Shown one piece after another: positions 40,621 through 51,624 of a DNA stretch of 64,000 nt. Under the pieces are notes generated by a model. It had not been told where the DNA came from and searched no databases. It saw only the letters and a list, made by a program, of their open reading frames with translations. The number at the start of each line of letters is the position of its first letter. The first letter of the stretch is position 1. Origin of the DNA: Escherichia coli (lineage in GTDB: Bacteria > Pseudomonadota > Gammaproteobacteria > Enterobacterales > Enterobacteriaceae); the NCBI RefSeq assembly GCF_011045215.1, contig NZ_CP049202.1, one strand, 5' to 3'. The position numbers and the translations under genes are program-made.

Positions 40621-40943
40621 ACAACAAAACAGACAATAATCAGGGCAGCAGTAATCAGAGTCAGAACAGGAGGAAAAAGAGAATAATCAAAGGGAAGGTG
40701 ATGTGATTTCTGACAGGTCATAAACAGAGAAGGCGGGGGAAAAGAACGGGCGCCGCAGGCGCACGTTCATCCCCGTTCCCGGAGGGAAACGGCCTTCCTG
40801 GCAGTCTGGTTGTTCATGCCCGTACAATGCCAGCAAGGAGAAAGGGGCCACCGGCGAACCAGCAGCCCCTTTATAAAGGCGCTTCAGTGCAGTCAGACCA
40901 GCATCAGCCCTGAAAAGGCGGGCCTGCGCCCGCCTCCAGGTTG

Positions 40944-41102
40944 CTACTTACCGGATTCGTAAGCCATGAAAGCCGCCACCTCCCTGTATCCGTCTCTGTA
41001 ACGAATCTCGCACAGCGATTTTCGTGTCAGATAAGTGAATATCAACAGTGTGAGACACACGATCAACACACACCAGACAAGAGAGCTGCGTGGTAGTTTC
41101 AT
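40944..41102 (-). CDS. hok: Hok-family membrane toxin (52 aa), flmA/hok type
   Basis: [52 protein letters not shown] is near-identical to Hok. Confidence 0.9.
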
Positions 41103-41160
41103 GGCCTTCTTCTCCTTGCGCAAAGCGCGGTAAGAGGCTATCCTGATGTTGTCTAAGCAT
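40948..41160 (-). CDS. mok: Mok-type overlapping reading frame (modulator of killing)
   Basis: 70-aa ORF overlapping hok in a different frame, as in hok/mok/sok loci. Confidence 0.5.
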
Positions 41161-41210
41161 GCAGGGGCCTCGTGGGTTAATGAAAAATTAACTACGGGGC
41201 TTTTGTCCTT
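41130..41210 (+). ncRNA. sok: Sok-type antisense RNA (approximate placement only)
   Basis: Inferred from the conserved hok/sok architecture; not resolved directly from sequence. Confidence 0.3.
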
Positions 41211-41376
41211 CTGCCACACAACACGGCAACAAACCACCTTCACGTCATGAGGCAGAAAGCCTCAAGCGCCGGGCACATCATAGCCCATATCCCTGCACGC
41301 TGACCACACTCACTTTTCCTGAAAATAATCCGCTCATTCAGGCTGTTTACGGGTAATCTGTGTGATTGTTGCCGCA

Positions 41377-42096
41377 TCACGCTGCCTCCCGGAGTTTGTT
41401 CGGCACCATCCACCGCTCCATCTCACGGACAGCGTGACCGGCCTCTCTTGCTGCAAGACTGGCTTCCGCAATAACCTGCCAGAACGGCATATCCTGCCAC
41501 TGCCAGCGTTCCATTCCGGACAGTGACGGAAAACGCTCGCCCCACTGCCAGAACAGGGTTTCCAGGTCATGCTCTGCCACCCGGTCACTCCAGCGTGCAT
41601 GCCAGCTTCCGACTGTTTCCGGCGAATGGAATGCCAGTTCGATTTCAGCCTGAGCGACCAGCTCCTGGTACGCACGGGCTTTCTGCTCTGCCTCCCGTGC
41701 CTGCTGGCGGCTGTACTTCTGCATGACCAGCGCGGATTTATGGCGACTGCGCTCCCTGACACGAAACCGCACCGACGGAAACAACCGCTCTGCTGCATCA
41801 CCGGGAAGGGGAAGGAGGCAGACCTCGCCCTGTATTTCAATCAGCACATCGATGACATACAGCCACTGAAGACGGTTGCCGTGCAGTTCTTCTGCGGTCA
41901 GGGACGGCATGAAAAATCGCAGGTCAGACAGCGATATCCTGCGGCTTCCGTTCAGACAGCGGAAAAACGCCCCCGCATACGGATATTCCGCCAGCGTGTT
42001 ACCCTGATGGCGGCGTTTTTCTGTCTCCGCCACCGCCCGCCATGCGGCCTGTTGCTCTGTGCTGAGCGGAACCAGTGCCTGTGAACGTACGCTCAT
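41377..42096 (-). CDS. psiA: PsiA (239 aa)
   Basis: 239 aa directly downstream of psiB; sequence as remembered for F PsiA. Confidence 0.9.
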   Translation of the reverse strand: MSVRSQALVPLSTEQQAAWRAVAETEKRRHQGNTLAEYPYAGAFFRCLNGSRRISLSDLRFFMPSLTAEELHGNRLQWLYVIDVLIEIQGEVCLLPLPGDAAERLFPSVRFRVRERSRHKSALVMQKYSRQQAREAEQKARAYQELVAQAEIELAFHSPETVGSWHARWSDRVAEHDLETLFWQWGERFPSLSGMERWQWQDMPFWQVIAEASLAAREAGHAVREMERWMVPNKLREAA

Positions 42097-42530
42097 ACCT
42101 GACCTCCTTCCGCCATCAGGATATGGATGATGTCGTTAACGCTGTACCCTTGCGTATCCAGTGACGCCGCCAGTGCCAGTGAATGGCTGACGGCTTCCGG
42201 TGCAAACCGCCGCTGTACCTGAACCACCGCAAACGGCTCACCACCGGCATTCACCAGAACCAGCACCCAGACCTGAGAGACATCGCCCGGTGAACATAAC
42301 GCCAGGTGAAAACGTTCGTGGGCAGGCGTGAAACGGACCTGGACGGGGAAAAAGCCGCCAAACTCGCTGCCGTACTCGCCGTTCATCGTCCAGTTATCCG
42401 GCGCATCCAGCTCCCGCATCACGGCGTGAGTCAGCTCACGGCGTTCATCACTTCCGGCAGCCCGGATATCTTCATATTCCTGTGCGTTCATGGTCTGTAA
42501 TACATTCAGGGTCAGTTCAGTTTTCATCAC
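42093..42530 (-). CDS. psiB: PsiB, plasmid SOS inhibition protein (145 aa)
   Basis: [33 protein letters not shown]... matches PsiB. Confidence 0.9.
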   Translation of the reverse strand: MMKTELTLNVLQTMNAQEYEDIRAAGSDERRELTHAVMRELDAPDNWTMNGEYGSEFGGFFPVQVRFTPAHERFHLALCSPGDVSQVWVLVLVNAGGEPFAVVQVQRRFAPEAVSHSLALAASLDTQGYSVNDIIHILMAEGGQV

Positions 42531-42581
42531 GGTATCTCCCTTGCTGCCGCCCCGTCTCCGGCGGGGCGGTGTGGTTGTTCA

Positions 42582-44540
42582 TCAGGCGGCATCAGCCAGG
42601 TTATCGGTGCGTTCAGTGGCATCCGTCTGTGGGCGTGGTGCACACATCCAGCCAGGCACCCAGCGGTTGTCTTTCATGTGGAACTCTGCATGTTCAGCCG
42701 CATCGCCTTTCTTCATCTTCTCCGCGTCCCGTGCAGCACCGGACAGTCCTGCCTCATTCAGGGCTGCGATAATCTGCGGCTTTTTCAGGTGTCCGAAGAA
42801 GTTTGCTTTTGTCGGCTGCCACCAGTCGCGCATGTGAAAGCCGATGGCGCTTTCCAGCGAATCCAGCGGACTGCGTGACGTGTGACCATACTCACGGGTC
42901 TGAACACCGTGGATGCTGCACGCAGTGCAGAAACTGAGCAGGGACAACAGCACCTCCTGACTGAGTGACAGGAACGTCGCCATGTCCCGTGACCATCCCT
43001 CCGGTAACAGGGCCGCAAGACGGGCTTTTTCTGCCATCATCGCCATGAACGCGGCACCTTCCTTCCCTGACGGCGCATCGCTGGTCAGCGAATAATGTTT
43101 ACATTCCAGGCTGATTTGTGCTGGTTTACTGTACGCTCCGCTGCCAAACACATTCAGGCAGAGCGTCCATGCCAGCAGTGCCAGAGATTTGTCCGGTTGC
43201 TGCATGAGTGCTGTCTGGACTGCCAGCGTGCGTTCGGAAGACATTTTCGTCAGCAGTGGCAGACTGATTTCCTCCACTGATGCTTTCTCCTGCACCTGTT
43301 CCGTGCGGTCAGCGTCATCAGTCGCGTCATCTTCACTGCGCAACTGCACACCACGCTGGACACATACGTTTCCATAACGCCAGGACACCACCACGCCACT
43401 TCCGGCACGCATCTCCGGCGTCCACGCCCTGACCTTCGCCATGCAGTCAATCAGCTTCATTTCTGCTTCCAGCAGGTCGGATTCCTCACACTGATTTTCC
43501 AGCGCGTCGTAACGTGCCATCAGTTCGTTCAGGCGTTCTTCTTCCGCCTCCGTCAGCACAGCTTCCGGCTCCGGCAGACTGCGGTATGTTCCGGCATCCT
43601 CACGGCAGAAACCGACAGGCTCCATACGTCCAGCACACCATTCCCAGCCTTCGGCTTCCCGAAGGTGTTCAGCAACAGCCTGGAGTTTTTCCAGCAGGGC
43701 GGCATCGAGCGCCACGCAGTCCACATAGCCACCCTCGTTGTCGCTGAACAAATCGGTGCGCAGTTCATCTGGCGAGAAGGCATCAGCCCCCACGAAGCGG
43801 AATTTACTGTTCCCCGCCACCACCACTTCACTTTCGGTCACCAGACGACGAATGGTCTGTACTTCCGGTTTTCCGCCCCATCCCGACTGACAGGCAGCTT
43901 CAAACACCTGTACCTGACGTGCGGTGTCGTTCTCCAGCGCCAGCGCCTGACAGTGCTCTGTGGTGATGCGGTCTTCTGCCAGCGCATCGAGGATGACAGG
44001 CGCAAGGTCAGCCAGTTTCAGCATTCGCTGAACGTGGCGGGGTGAATAGCCCAGCAAATCACCGATTTGTGCAGGTGTTTTGCCTTCCTGCGCCATTGCG
44101 CGGAATCCGGCAATCTGTTCGGCAGGGTGCATATCCCGACGATGACCGTTTTCAGTCATTGATGCGGCAGTCGCCAGTTCCTGCGGAATGACCTTCACAC
44201 GGACAGGCCAGTCAGCCGGAATGATGCCACGCTCTGCCAGCATGTTGAGTGCTGCCAGTCGGCGACCACCTGCGGCGACACCGTGGCGGTCACCTGGCAG
44301 GGCATGAACAACCAGATTCTGTAACAGGCCGACACCTTTAATGGAGTCCGCCAGTTCGCTGACGGACTCCGCAGAATACGGCACCGTGCGCACATTCAGC
44401 GGTGACTTAATCAGTGAGGACAGCGGCACGCTCACTTCCTCCGTCTGCGCCAGCAGGGCAGACAGGGCAGTCTCCTGCTCTTTTGACGGTTTACGGCTGG
44501 ATTTACGCTCCGTTTTTGTCTTAGACTCTGTAACTGACAT
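42582..44540 (-). CDS. ParB/Srx-like nuclease-domain protein (652 aa), conserved leading-region protein
   Basis: N-terminal ParB-like motif region (LNVRTVPYSAESVSELADSIKGVGLLQNLVV...GGRRLAAL); large C-terminal domain. Confidence 0.8.
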   Translation of the reverse strand: MSVTESKTKTERKSSRKPSKEQETALSALLAQTEEVSVPLSSLIKSPLNVRTVPYSAESVSELADSIKGVGLLQNLVVHALPGDRHGVAAGGRRLAALNMLAERGIIPADWPVRVKVIPQELATAASMTENGHRRDMHPAEQIAGFRAMAQEGKTPAQIGDLLGYSPRHVQRMLKLADLAPVILDALAEDRITTEHCQALALENDTARQVQVFEAACQSGWGGKPEVQTIRRLVTESEVVVAGNSKFRFVGADAFSPDELRTDLFSDNEGGYVDCVALDAALLEKLQAVAEHLREAEGWEWCAGRMEPVGFCREDAGTYRSLPEPEAVLTEAEEERLNELMARYDALENQCEESDLLEAEMKLIDCMAKVRAWTPEMRAGSGVVVSWRYGNVCVQRGVQLRSEDDATDDADRTEQVQEKASVEEISLPLLTKMSSERTLAVQTALMQQPDKSLALLAWTLCLNVFGSGAYSKPAQISLECKHYSLTSDAPSGKEGAAFMAMMAEKARLAALLPEGWSRDMATFLSLSQEVLLSLLSFCTACSIHGVQTREYGHTSRSPLDSLESAIGFHMRDWWQPTKANFFGHLKKPQIIAALNEAGLSGAARDAEKMKKGDAAEHAEFHMKDNRWVPGWMCAPRPQTDATERTDNLADAA

Positions 44541-44603
44541 ATATTTCTCCTTTGACCGGGATGGTTGTATGTCTGCCGGACGCGTTCCCGTCCGGCACCT
44601 CTC

Positions 44604-45439
<836 letters not shown>

Positions 45440-45455
45440 GATGTGTCTCCTTCTG

Positions 45456-46000
45456 TTGATGTTTTCAGCCCCCATCATCTTTTGAGTTTCAGGAGCCGCG
45501 GTTTGACGTTTTGCGGGGACCTGCCTTTTGTTCCCTCCGGTATTCACCATCACCTTTTTGAGAACCTTCGCCGCAAGGGGCATCACTGCCACGGCCGGAA
45601 ACGACTGTCCGGGGGCAGACCGCAAAAGTTTTTGCCTGCTTCTGGGCAAAAACTTTTGCGGGATGTGCATTTCACCCCTGGACTGGCGGAGACGGTTGTG
45701 GCTGTATCAGCCCCCGGCGACAGGGGATTAAACAGGTGAATGGCACCGGACAGAACAACGGGCAGGGCCCCGCCGCAACGACGGAGAGCGCGTGCGCGAA
45801 ACGGCGTTGCCCCTTACATCCCGGCGGCCTTTTGTCGGGATGCCGGGAGCGCAGGCCACGGCGCGACAGAGGCGGCGCGACCGGAACGGTCGCTGCAAGC
45901 CAGGGTTTCGCGTCAGGGATAGAAGCCCGCCAGGGCGGAGACAGCTCCGCTGGCTCCGTTCACGACAGCCCGCCCCGCCCCGCCAGGGGGACGCCCGGAA
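45456..46000. repeat. Frpo/ssi-like GC-rich structured element, copy 2 (direct repeat of ~40058..40620), immediately upstream of ssb
   Basis: Near-identical to copy 1 by eye with scattered substitutions and small indels. Confidence 0.55.
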
Positions 46001-46019
46001 AAGCCATAAACAGGAGAGG

Positions 46020-46075
46020 AACGGAAAGAAGAGGAAGAGGAAAAAGAAAAAGAAGAAGAAGAAGAAGAAGAAGAA
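46020..46075. repeat. Purine-rich microsatellite (GAA/AGA)n adjoining repeat copy 2
   Basis: GGAAGAGGAAAAAGAAAAAGAAGAAGAAGAAGAAGAAGAACAA read directly; absent from copy 1. Confidence 0.7.
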
Positions 46076-46252
46076 CAATAACAAGCACGGTAACCACAGA
46101 AAAATAACATCAGAAAAAAACATTCCGGACACATCACAAACAGGAAGGGTAACGGGCGACGCGTCAGCGTGGCCCGCTTCCCTTCCGGCAGGCGTCAGCC
46201 TGCCAGGGGTTTTCGCGCGGGCTGACAGGCGGCCTCCACCGCCTGCCCTGTA

Positions 46253-46444
46253 TCACCTGTTTCTGCTGCCCTGAAGGATGTACTGACCGCCGAGGAATAC
46301 AGCCTGCTGATTCGCCACAAAATCGCAGATTTCATCAACAATCTGCGCCGTGGTGAGCGGTTTCTGCCCCATTTCACGACGTCGTGCATTAATCACAGCT
46401 TTGTAATTACGCAGAATTTCGCGGGTTTCCGTGCTGATATTCAT
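46253..46444 (-). CDS. Hypothetical small leading-region protein (63 aa)
   Basis: ATG with GGGGAG RBS; start overlaps the stop of the upstream 139-aa ORF. Confidence 0.4.
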   Translation of the reverse strand: MNISTETREILRNYKAVINARRREMGQKPLTTAQIVDEICDFVANQQAVFLGGQYILQGSRNR

Positions 46445-46863
46445 TACCCGTTCTCCCCGTCCAGCGCCTGACGCATCACCCGCATAATCTCACGTTCTTC
46501 CCTGACAAATGCGTCACCGTCGCCCCCGTTCTCGCTCCCGACAGCATGGAGGCGATAAATTTCACTACCAGCCATCACCATCACTTTTTCCAGCAGCACC
46601 GCAGGGACTGTTACAAGACGGTTTACGCGCTTTTCCTCCATCAGTTCATTGACAATATCGGAAACAACTCTGTCACATGCGCCATATACAAAAGCATCGT
46701 CCAGCCGCTGCATGACGGTTTCCAGCTCATCGTCTGTCAGACTCCAGTCCTGGGCTATGTGACGCACATCCCCACGGGTCAGCACCACGGCAAAAACGCA
46801 TTCACTGTCCGGCACGTCTGTATCCAGTACATCGCGAATGATTTCTTTAACAGTACAGTACAT
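46444..46863 (-). CDS. Hypothetical leading-region protein (139 aa), apparent paralogue of the ORF at 48567..49034
   Basis: Acidic protein; shares a ...RxVTVPAxLLxxV... segment with the 155-aa ORF. Confidence 0.5.
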   Translation of the reverse strand: MYCTVKEIIRDVLDTDVPDSECVFAVVLTRGDVRHIAQDWSLTDDELETVMQRLDDAFVYGACDRVVSDIVNELMEEKRVNRLVTVPAVLLEKVMVMAGSEIYRLHAVGSENGGDGDAFVREEREIMRVMRQALDGENG

Positions 46864-46909
46864 GTTCTCGTCTCCTTTACAGGGGCGGCATTGCCGCCCC
46901 GTCCGTTAA

Positions 46910-47335
46910 TCAGTCCAGTGCCGCGTAAATCGCGTTGCATTCAGGGTGAAATTCGATGTGACGCCACAACTGCGCATCACGCATCCGGTAAAGCTGAGTC
47001 AGCCCCGCATCACCGCTGTCGTGGTACAGCCACAACTGACGGTTAATCACAAGGGAAGTCAGAATGACACCTGCGGCATCAGCACTCACAGTACGGTCAA
47101 ACCAGTTTGCACCGTTCACCATGTGGAAACGGTCGCCATCCGGCATCATGTAACCGCCACCGTCCGGCAGGCGGATGAAGTGCCAGAATCCGCCTTCATA
47201 TTCCGGCATCATTTTTTTCGCCAGCGCGTATACAGACGCTTCGGCATACAGAAAATCCTGGCCAAACAGGTAAGGCAGAAAAGACAGACGGTCGCACTCT
47301 TCAACGTTCAGAGTGACAGATTTCGCATATTGCAT
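46910..47335 (-). CDS. klcA: KlcA/ArdB-family antirestriction protein (141 aa)
   Basis: Size and conserved-looking segments ([13 protein letters not shown]...[20 protein letters not shown]...[15 protein letters not shown]) recalled from ArdB/KlcA-type proteins. Confidence 0.65.
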   Translation of the reverse strand: MQYAKSVTLNVEECDRLSFLPYLFGQDFLYAEASVYALAKKMMPEYEGGFWHFIRLPDGGGYMMPDGDRFHMVNGANWFDRTVSADAAGVILTSLVINRQLWLYHDSGDAGLTQLYRMRDAQLWRHIEFHPECNAIYAALD

Positions 47336-47751
47336 GATGTTTTCCTCCGTTGTTCACATATTCCGCGACACCGGGCGGTGCCGTGCCTCCATAAAAGCCG
47401 GGCGATAAGGCGGGGATGCAGGGGCGCAAGGGAAGCCGCAGCCTGACGCACACGGCTGACGGGAGTTGGAGGGTGAGACCGCGAAATCTGAGCGGGTGAA
47501 CGACCGGAAAATCACGGCAGACGGGAAGAAAGGACCGGGTGACCGCAGCGGCAAAGCGTACCCTTGCATCCCTGCCAGCCCGGCTAAGATGGAGGCACGG
47601 CACAGCCCGCACACGACGCTGAGGCCACATAACTGAAAAACCACAAGGCCATGCCCTGCATGGCCGGGTAAAGCGGAGCCGGCGGCGACTTCCTTTGTGC
47701 TCTGTCCGGGGACCGGCAGGAAAAAGGCGGGGATTTACCCCGCCAACGTCA

Positions 47752-48522
47752 TCATTTCCGGATTTTTGCCAGGGCATCCGCCATGCTGCGGATTTCGGCC
47801 CGGGCTTCCCGGACCACCTCCCGCAGAACACCACGGTCAAACCAGCGGCGGGGCGGTTCATCCGGTATACGCAGCACATCGCAGGCCAGCCCACTGGACA
47901 GGATATGCTCAATACAATCGCTGACCAGGTACATTTCCACCGACGAAAAACGTGCTCCCCGGTTCACGATGGCATCGAGCACCACGGGCAGGTTTTCGTC
48001 ATCTTCATCGAGCCAGCAGGGGTGATCGCTTTCCTTCACAACCAGACGAAAGCGGCGCGTCTGGCGGGTCAGCAACGTCTGACCGGTGGTGGTCAGCGCC
48101 GCCCGGATACGCCGCGCATCGTCTGCCACCTGGTAACAGATGCTTCGTATTGCATCGCGCACCGCCGCAAGTACAGCCCTGATTTCGTCTTCTGCCAGCC
48201 ACTCACCGGCATACGGGAAAGACACCTGCGTTCCGTCTGCCGGAAGTACCGGCAGCGACTGCCACTGACTGCCGGACAGAACAAGTTCCGCCCCGGTTCC
48301 GGTCAGTTTCTGAATGGCAGAGGCCAGGTGCGGCGGCAGTACGCCGCCGTGACGGTTGATAAGTAACGTCGCCAGCCGGGGCGTATCCAGCCGCACGTAA
48401 ATGCTGATCCAGCCCGGATGGTTCGGATTTCGCTGGTCAACATCCGTCTCTTCCGGCCAGCCCTGCGCCAGCAGCAGGTTACGGGCGTGGCGACAAATCA
48501 GTGCATTCAGCGTTTCGTTCAT
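47752..48522 (-). CDS. Hypothetical leading-region protein (256 aa)
   Basis: Long ORF with plausible coding character; no recognised motif. Confidence 0.5.
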   Translation of the reverse strand: MNETLNALICRHARNLLLAQGWPEETDVDQRNPNHPGWISIYVRLDTPRLATLLINRHGGVLPPHLASAIQKLTGTGAELVLSGSQWQSLPVLPADGTQVSFPYAGEWLAEDEIRAVLAAVRDAIRSICYQVADDARRIRAALTTTGQTLLTRQTRRFRLVVKESDHPCWLDEDDENLPVVLDAIVNRGARFSSVEMYLVSDCIEHILSSGLACDVLRIPDEPPRRWFDRGVLREVVREARAEIRSMADALAKIRK

Positions 48523-48566
48523 GATTCATGGTCTCCCTGAATCGCCGCCCGCAGGCGGCGATAACA

Positions 48567-49034
48567 TCAGTCGTTTTCGCGTGTGTTGTTTTTCAGCAGG
48601 GCGCGGGCCTGATTAACCACCGCCAGTCGGCGGGTGACGCATTCCGGGACGACGAGGCCGTTATCACGGGCGGCCCACTCACGTTTCCACAGTGCCTGTT
48701 CAGCGGTCTGAATCAGGGACGCCAGCAGTTCAGCAGGGACGGTCACCTGGCGGTTTTCGCTCACGTTGCTGATAATCTCCATCACCGCGGCGGAAGAAAT
48801 ACCGGATTCAGTCCTCTGGTCTTCCGGGATGTCCTCCATGCGCGCCAGGACGGTCCTGATTTCATGATCGGTCAGAGAAATTTCCATACCGTCAGCCAGT
48901 GCCTGAATCTCTTCCGGAGACCAGATAACCAGCATCAGCGGCGTGTCTCCCGGATACTTTGCTGCCAGCTCCCGGCAGAGCGTTTCGCATGTTCCGTACA
49001 TTCTCGTCTCCTTCTCAATCTTTAAAGCACGCAT
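48567..49034 (-). CDS. Hypothetical leading-region protein (155 aa), paralogue-like to 46444..46863
   Basis: See the 139-aa ORF; acidic. Confidence 0.5.
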   Translation of the reverse strand: MRALKIEKETRMYGTCETLCRELAAKYPGDTPLMLVIWSPEEIQALADGMEISLTDHEIRTVLARMEDIPEDQRTESGISSAAVMEIISNVSENRQVTVPAELLASLIQTAEQALWKREWAARDNGLVVPECVTRRLAVVNQARALLKNNTREND

Positions 49035-49236
49035 CCAGTTCCAGAATTTCGGTATATGCCTCCATCAGGAGGCGGTTTGCGCGAAACAACGTCTGACGCA
49101 CCAGACGTTCCGGCAGGGTGTCAGCATTAAAGCTGTACCGCCGCTCCATCTCATTCATGGTTGTACGCAGGTCGCACATGGCATTGGCCACCTCCGCCAC
49201 TTCGGCGCGAAGTTTTTCGTGTCCGGCATAGTTCAT
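49015..49236 (-). CDS. Hypothetical small protein (73 aa)
   Basis: ORF directly downstream of the methyltransferase gene. Confidence 0.4.
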   Translation of the reverse strand: MNYAGHEKLRAEVAEVANAMCDLRTTMNEMERRYSFNADTLPERLVRQTLFRANRLLMEAYTEILELDACFKD

Positions 49237-49920
49237 TTACGCAGCCTCCGGCATAAACCAGTCATCATTCGCGGCCCCCTGCTGCATGGCCCGTTGCACG
49301 GCGGCAAGGCGTTGCTGCCCGGCACGGTGATACTGCTCAAGCAGCTCGATACCGATATACCGGCGTCCGGACTGGAGGGCGGCGACGCAGGTTGAGCCGC
49401 TGCCTGCAAACGGGTCCAGCACAATTGCGTTCGGGTGTGTGAAGCTCTCAATCAGCGGTTGCAGGCTGGTAACGGGCTTTTCCGTCGGGTGATGGCGATT
49501 GCCCGAATATTTCCAGCCCAGCACGTCCGGCGGCGGGTTTTGTGGCAGACGTGGACGGCCTTTTGCCAGGATGTAGGCGCATTCGTGGCGATAGCCCACA
49601 TATGCGGCCTTCGATGTGTAGTTTTTGGTGAAGACCAGGTGACCAACAACGCTGAATCCCGCATTTTTCCAGGCGGCAATAAAGCGATCGACGCGGTTCC
49701 AGCCATAGAAGCTCACCATTAACGCGTCTTTTTTCAGCACGCGGTACATCTCATTACAGGCCGGTTGCAGCCATTCATCGGTTTTATCTCCGGCGATGGT
49801 GCGCCCGGAACGGTCACGAAAACCGACGAGATATGGCGGGTCAGTTAATATGAAATCAATGGCGTTATCAGGGATACGCGTCATAACATCGATGCAGTTA
49901 CCAAGAACAAAACGGGACAT
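49237..49920 (-). CDS. Orphan N6-adenine (DPPY-motif) DNA methyltransferase (227 aa)
   Basis: DPPY motif (ILTDPPYLVGF), ParB-N/MTase-like layout; no adjacent restriction endonuclease gene recognised. Confidence 0.85.
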   Translation of the reverse strand: MSRFVLGNCIDVMTRIPDNAIDFILTDPPYLVGFRDRSGRTIAGDKTDEWLQPACNEMYRVLKKDALMVSFYGWNRVDRFIAAWKNAGFSVVGHLVFTKNYTSKAAYVGYRHECAYILAKGRPRLPQNPPPDVLGWKYSGNRHHPTEKPVTSLQPLIESFTHPNAIVLDPFAGSGSTCVAALQSGRRYIGIELLEQYHRAGQQRLAAVQRAMQQGAANDDWFMPEAA

Positions 49921-50267
49921 AATAACGCTCCTTCTCTTACAGAGGGCACCGGGAGGGCACCCCTGTGGTGCCCGTTCCCCGCTGCCTGTGGGCTGTTCAC
50001 CGCGTCCGGTAACGGGTCAGGCCGACCGTGGAATATCGCAGCCGTCGTCTTTTTGACGGCGAGAATATGCCGCGAAAGCGGCTTGAAGGGCGTTCATCAG
50101 AAAAGGGCGACAGGCTGGCGTACACTGTCACCGGTACCAGCCGGGAGCAGTAAAAGCGCCCGTCCCGTGCCCGCCGGACGCGGGACACTGACCACAGGCA
50201 GCGTTCCTGCCGCGCCGCGTCAGCCGGCGCAGTAAAAAGAGGAGCACGGCGACATCCTTTGTCGGAA

Positions 50268-50300
50268 AAGAAACGGGCGGTTGCCCGCCCGTCTCCGTCA
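50268..50300 (-). terminator. Rho-independent terminator-like hairpin after the 308-aa gene
   Basis: On the minus strand, GGGCGGGCAACCGCCCG stem-loop followed by a T-rich run. Confidence 0.5.
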
Positions 50301-50304
50301 TACT

Positions 50305-51231
50305 TCATCCGCCATAATGCGCCACATTGTCGACTATCCACGCAGGTCCGGTGACTTCCGGCAGCTCATCGTCATCTGTCGGGGAAGAGCATTCCAGTTC
50401 CCCCCACAGCACATCAACGAGCTCTCCGCGCTCATACAACTGCCAGCCACAGAAATTGCAGCCCTGTTCGGCGTACCAGTGCTCCAGCGTGCAGCCGAAA
50501 CGGCGGCTTAATTCTGCAACAACGTTGCTTTCCGGCTGACACCACGGCGTGTCGAAATCCACCTGAATGAAGTTGTCTCCCTGACGGCTGATATTCACCT
50601 CATACCTCACAGGCCACTTCACGCCATACTGTTCCGTATACCAGTGATACGCAGAAGGAACACCGTTCAGAACACCACCGTTAAAGCCATTCACTTCAAC
50701 ATCCAGGCGGGTGGGCAGAACCGTCAGCAGGTCAAACGGCATGGTTTTTTCCGGCAGTACATTGTCACACAGACGGTTCCACCACACCGATACATCCTCG
50801 TTACTCCAGAAGCCACACCAGTCACCTCTTTTGGCGGTGAAATGCACGGTGATGGTTTCTCTGACCTCATCCGGTAATCCTTCCCAGCGACGCTGGCCAG
50901 TACCACTCTGCAGCCAGAGTTCATGCAGCATCAGGCAGTTTTGCTCATCCAGCAGTACACCGTCCTGCAGGTATGTCAGCCAGCGGGTGAACGCGATATT
51001 CTCCGGCGATACAACACCACGTCCGGCAGCCGTCAGTCCGGGGCACGGTTCAAACTGCACATCTTCAGTGGTCTGCAGAAGTCCGGCACTTCCGGCCAGA
51101 AATAGCTGAATACCTTCATTTGTGGCGCGGCGATAAAGCGGTATGACTGCACCGCTGGCCAGTCGTTTAATCTCAGCGATCTGTGCCGGTTCACCAGAAA
51201 AATACATACGATTCGAGCACCAGTTTAGCAT
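50305..51231 (-). CDS. Hypothetical conserved leading-region protein (308 aa from ATG with AGGAG RBS)
   Basis: Long ORF; the track start is GTG but the internal ATG at 51231 has a strong RBS. Confidence 0.55.
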   Translation of the reverse strand: MLNWCSNRMYFSGEPAQIAEIKRLASGAVIPLYRRATNEGIQLFLAGSAGLLQTTEDVQFEPCPGLTAAGRGVVSPENIAFTRWLTYLQDGVLLDEQNCLMLHELWLQSGTGQRRWEGLPDEVRETITVHFTAKRGDWCGFWSNEDVSVWWNRLCDNVLPEKTMPFDLLTVLPTRLDVEVNGFNGGVLNGVPSAYHWYTEQYGVKWPVRYEVNISRQGDNFIQVDFDTPWCQPESNVVAELSRRFGCTLEHWYAEQGCNFCGWQLYERGELVDVLWGELECSSPTDDDELPEVTGPAWIVDNVAHYGG

Positions 51232-51583
51232 GGGAATTCTCCTCTCACATGCGGCCTCCATCAGGCCGTGCCGCACCTGTAACCGGGCGACCGCATACGA
51301 ATGCAGGTGCGGCCCCGAAGCCGCAGCGCGTGGAGGAGGAACGACGAAACGTGACCGGGTGAGGAGGCCTGCGACAGCGACACACTTGCATCGGATGCAG
51401 CCCGGTTAACGTGCCGGCACGGCCTGGGTAACCAGGTATTTTGTCCACAGAACCGTGCACAAAATGCTGTGGATAAGCTGGACACAACAGTCCACAGCAG
51501 GCATACAGCCACACTCTCAGAGAATTGAGCGTTTTTTAGTCACAATAATGACATTTGACTGTGTGTGGATTCAGTTATTAGAA

Positions 51584-51603
51584 TACTGTATATACATACA
51601 GCA
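51584..51603. promoter_or_regulatory. LexA (SOS) box upstream of impC
   Basis: TACTGTATATACATACAGCA fits the CTGT-N8-ACAG LexA consensus; about 20 nt upstream of the impC start. Confidence 0.65.
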
Positions 51604-51624
51604 AAAGAAAAGGGAGATGAGAAC

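Noticed and set aside
40070-40721. ORFs inside Frpo-like repeat copy 1 (68, 78, 88, 105 aa and others)
   Set aside because: GC-rich structured non-coding repeat; identical ORF fragments recur in copy 2 only because the DNA is repeated; Arg/Pro/Gly-rich artefactual translations.
42785-44045. Small ORFs overlapping the ParB-like gene on either strand (66-126 aa)
   Set aside because: They are embedded in a well-supported 652-aa gene; no independent signals.
45443-46274. ORFs inside Frpo-like repeat copy 2 and across the microsatellite (including poly-Lys, poly-Phe and poly-Ser frames)
   Set aside because: Homopolymeric translations of the (GAA)n tract and the repeat; no RBS or coding character.
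47301-47912. 203-aa minus-strand ORF and several plus-strand ORFs in the 47.3-47.9 kb interval
   Set aside because: They overlap the nested inverted repeats of a structured intergenic region; translation is Arg/Pro/Cys-rich and unlike a real protein.
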